Source of the DNA: Prorocentrum cordatum
Taxonomy: Eukaryota
Direction of reading: 5' to 3'
DNA: 64,000 nt
Assembly (NCBI GenBank): GCA_963575745.1
Contig: CAUYUJ010000070.1
Coordinates: 248,001-312,000 of the forward strand
Below are positions 60,602-64,000 of the stretch, in pieces; the first letter of the stretch is position 1, and each line of letters begins with the position of its first letter. The notes below the pieces were generated by a model. That model did no database searches and was not told where the DNA came from. It worked only from the letters and a program-made list of their open reading frames with translations. Made by a program: the position numbers and the translations under genes.

Positions 60602-63600
60602 CGCCAGGGAGAGTGGAGTACCGTCGGCCACGCGCAGAAGGGGGGTGGGGCTGGGGGGGAAGGCTTCTTAGGAGCACGCCTGTTCCTTACAAGGCGCAGG
60701 CGTTCGCGGGCCTTATCACTAGATGTGCGGCCCGCTGCGTCCGAGAAGCAGCCTCCTCCTAAGGAGCCTTGCCCCCTCCCCCCGCCCCCTTGAGCGCGCT
60801 GCAGGTTCCGACCAGAATCCGCTCAAAGCCAGTCCCCAGGCACACAGCGGGGACAGGTAAGGTGCTCACTCTTCAGCCTCTGTCGCCTCTTTCGGCTTCC
60901 TGGGGGACCCTGGTCGCCAAGGCGGGAGGCGCCGCAAAATCCGAATGAGAACGCGCCCCAGGATAGGTCCAGGGAGCAGCGGCATCGGCAACCCCCTGGT
61001 TTCCCCGCAGGCCCCTCCAAGGGGCCCGTCCTGACCGCTCCTCACAGCAGCTCAATCTCTGACGGTCCCCCGGCCCGCGACGGGCCCTTGGACTTGCACG
61101 CCGAAGCCGAGGGAGCATCTCCGTCGTAGGGGGCCAAATGCGAACCCTACCCCCTGCCCACCACGACTTCTGAGGGGGAGGGGGTAGGGTCCGCATGTGG
61201 CCCCCTGTGTCCTTCCCCCTCGGTCCTCGAGGGAGGGAGGGGCGGGGAGGACAGGGGCAGAGGCACCGGAGCGGGCGGGCGCGCGAGCGAGCGGGGGCCC
61301 AGAAGGTGGGGGCGCCTCTCCGCGCCGCACGGTCTGGGGGCGGGGGCTTTTCGATCCAGGGATCCGCCTGCGGGAGATCCTGGCGAGGAGCTGCAGGGGA
61401 GTAGTGCGGAGGATCGTGGCCCGATTTTTGGCCACTGCCACCGCGCAAGCACCTTGCTCCAGAGCAGCTTCTGTGCGGGGGTGGTGTGCAAGAGCCGTGC
61501 CACCGGGGGCATGTCCTCTTTGTGTACGCAGTGGTCCGGTCCACGGTCTTGTGCCGCACCAGCTTGTGTATGAGGGTGGGGCGCAGGCATCGCGTCCCCG
61601 GAGGAGGGGTTGGCGGAGCCGGCGGGGCGCGGCGGAGGATGTGCGGGAGGAGTGCGGGGAGGGAGGCTGCGCGCTCGGCAACCAGCGGGGGGTACAGAAC
61701 GGGGGGCCGAGGACTGCAGGAGAGTGGCCCGAAAGGGGTCCTGAAGGGTGCACGTTTCTTGGCTCGAATGGGGGTGCAGGAGCAACATCAGAATTCCCCC
61801 AGTCCGAGTCACGTGATGGGCGGCGACAGCGAACTTGGACCTGGAGGCCCGAGTGCCAGGTTTGCCAATGCTCAGGCTCTTCAGGCACCGTGCGAATGAT
61901 CCGATGGGGTGTGATCGTGGGGGATCCGAGGGCAGGGGCGTCCCAGGAGTCAGCGTCCTGGACACGAGGTCGCCGGAGTATCGCGCGCTGGAGGCACAGG
62001 CCAGCCGTGTTGCCTCTCCTACTGCGGGGTTCATCGTAACTGCCCGCCTTGTTTACTGTGGAGGCCCATGCCAAGAAGCACCCTGCTTGCCTCCAGGGTT
62101 CCCTTGGTTTCTTGGGTTTTTATGTTTGCGCTATGAAAGGCGTGACGTTTCCCACCAAAAATCATTGGACGTCCTGGCAGGGATGGGTTTCTTGTGGAGG
62201 TTTCTTGTGGACTGCCTCCACTGTACGTGGAAGGGGACTGGAAGGGCGGACGGACAATCGAGGGATGCCACCAGTACACCGACCTCGACCAGGGCCACCC
62301 TGGGCCCAGGATCGGTTGATGCGCCCTGCAGGTCCTGCTAGGGGGGCGCGTACGCCGATCCCGATCCCAGGGTTGGCCTGTCAACGATAGTGTAGAGTTG
62401 GCGTCCTCCTGACAGGAGGAGGGGGAGGAGGAGGAGGAGGAGGAGGAGGAGGAGGAGGGAGGAGGAGGAGGGAGATGATGGGGAGGGAATGGAGGAATCG
62501 GAGGAGGAGGTGGAGGAGAAGGAGAAGGAGGAGGAGGAGGAGGAGGAGGAGGAGGATGTCACCAGATGGTCTCTAGAGGTAAACAGAGGCCTCCAGGTAC
62601 CCCCGCGCCCGCCCACCCACCACCTGCCCTGCCGCCTGCCTCCTTCGTCCTTCTCCCTGGAAGATCGAAGCGGATCCAGCCGCCGCGACGCAAATCCTCC
62701 CAGAGACCCCCCAAAACATTGAATCACATCGATATGTAGGTTTCGATCCTAATCCTTAGGATCGAAACTCCAGACCTCGAGGTGTCTGAGGAACTCAGGA
62801 CCTAAGGAACCTCGAGGTCTGGGCAGGGGCTGGGATGGGGGCGGGGGAACGAGGGGTAGGAGAAGCGAGGAGGACGAGGAGGAGGATGAAGACGAGGGGT
62901 TGGGAATGAGAAAGGAAGATGAGCAGGAAGAGGAGGGGAGGAGAAAGGAAGAGGAGGTGGGGGGAGGGGAAGGAGGGCAGGGGAGAAGGAGGAGGAGGTA
63001 AGAGGAGTAGGGGGACCGATGCCTCCTCGCTGCCTCGTCCACACCTCCGCCCTGCCTCGTTGCCCTCCCTCCCTTGTCTTCTGCCCTGGTGGCGCCGTCT
63101 TGGGGGCCTCGTAGGCCCTCTTGGGGCCCTCTGGGGCTGCGTGGGGTTCCTCTTGGGTGCCTCTAGGGCCGTCTGGGGGTGGACTTGGGGGCCTTTGTGG
63201 CCGTCTTGGAGCGTCGACGCCCGACAAGGCGAGAACGCCAAGATCGCTGACAAACCGTACGACGATACATGATTCGGGCATCTTGGGGCCCGCTTTGGCT
63301 GTCTTTTGGAGCCCGGCGTCTTGGGGCCTCATAAGTCGTCTGCAGGCTATCTGGGACATGTTGGAGCGCTCTTTGGGCCACTCGGCGCCTTCCTGGACCG
63401 TCTTGGGGGCCCCTTGAGGCCCCGTTTGGCCCATCCGGGGCCCACCTTGACCTGCGGAAGTCACGCGGGCGGGAGACAGAGCGTCTGCGAGACTCGGAGC
63501 GCCTGGGCACGAGGCCGCCCCTTTGTGGCTGGTCTGAGGGGGGGGGGGGCTATGCCTGCTCGTCTCGGGGGGGGGGGGGGGGCGACCCCCTCCCGCTCAC

Positions 63601-63761
63601 TACGAAGTCCGGAGTGTCCACTTCCTTGGGTCCCTGGGCGTCGGCGCCACGCGCAGTTCCCCGCCTCCCGCCGCGCAGAGCCGAGCGGCACGGCATTATC
63701 CGCCGACGGGGCATGGCGTGTCCCAGGGGGGGGGGGCGCCGCCGCGGCAATACGTCATTCC

Positions 63762-63926
63762 ACAGGAGAGGAAAAAACACACAGACACAATGAATCGTCG
63801 ACTCCGGGGAAGATATGGGACAATATGGGAAGTGGGAGGGAAGACAGAAACCCAAAAAGTATTGGGGAAGATTGGGCATCCTGTTATCTGTGTCTATATG
63901 TATTTGTGTGTCCCTGGGCCACTTCA
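63762..63926 (+). mobile_element. MITE family A, last copy (165 bp)
   Basis: ACAGGAG...ACTTCA. Flanks ATTCC/AGTCC (4/5). Confidence 0.85.
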
Positions 63927-64000
63927 AGTCCAAAATTCGTAACCAGGGGGTCGCAGCCCTCCCAGGCGAGCCGTTCCAGAGCCACCCCCCAGACCAGCCA

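Noticed and set aside
1..64000. rRNA, tRNA or telomeric arrays
   Set aside because: None recognised by eye. A tRNAscan/Infernal run would be needed to exclude degenerate copies.

Overview
Eukaryotic, GC-rich, repeat-saturated DNA with one 100-N gap. The composition (huge CCT/GAG tracts, a PPR exon type, KG-repeat peptide) suggests a dinoflagellate such as Prorocentrum, but that is inference only. Almost all ORF-track entries are translations of microsatellites or repeats. The one intact coding unit is a ~5.2-kb non-LTR retrotransposon (~23242-28443). It carries an uninterrupted RTE-like ORF: AP-endonuclease, reverse transcriptase (YADD) and three C-terminal Cys/His fingers. It has no upstream ORF1. 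Instead a second, protein-like 241-aa ORF lies 3' of the RT, nested in the +1 frame. The element sits in a (CCT)n tract and ends in (CCTGAT)3 grading into (CCT)n. This is the best candidate for an undescribed system. The rest is a nested set of non-autonomous elements. (i) At least six unrelated 160-230-bp inverted-repeat families share T(C/G)...A termini and 5-bp target duplications, one supported by an in-window empty site. (ii) There are TA-flanked Tc1/mariner-type MITEs. (iii) Two Helitron2/Helentron-like families carry satellite arrays. (iv) Single elements have 6-bp, 8-bp and ~30-bp flanking duplications. One degenerate PPR exon is the only recognisable host-gene fragment. All alignments were made by eye.
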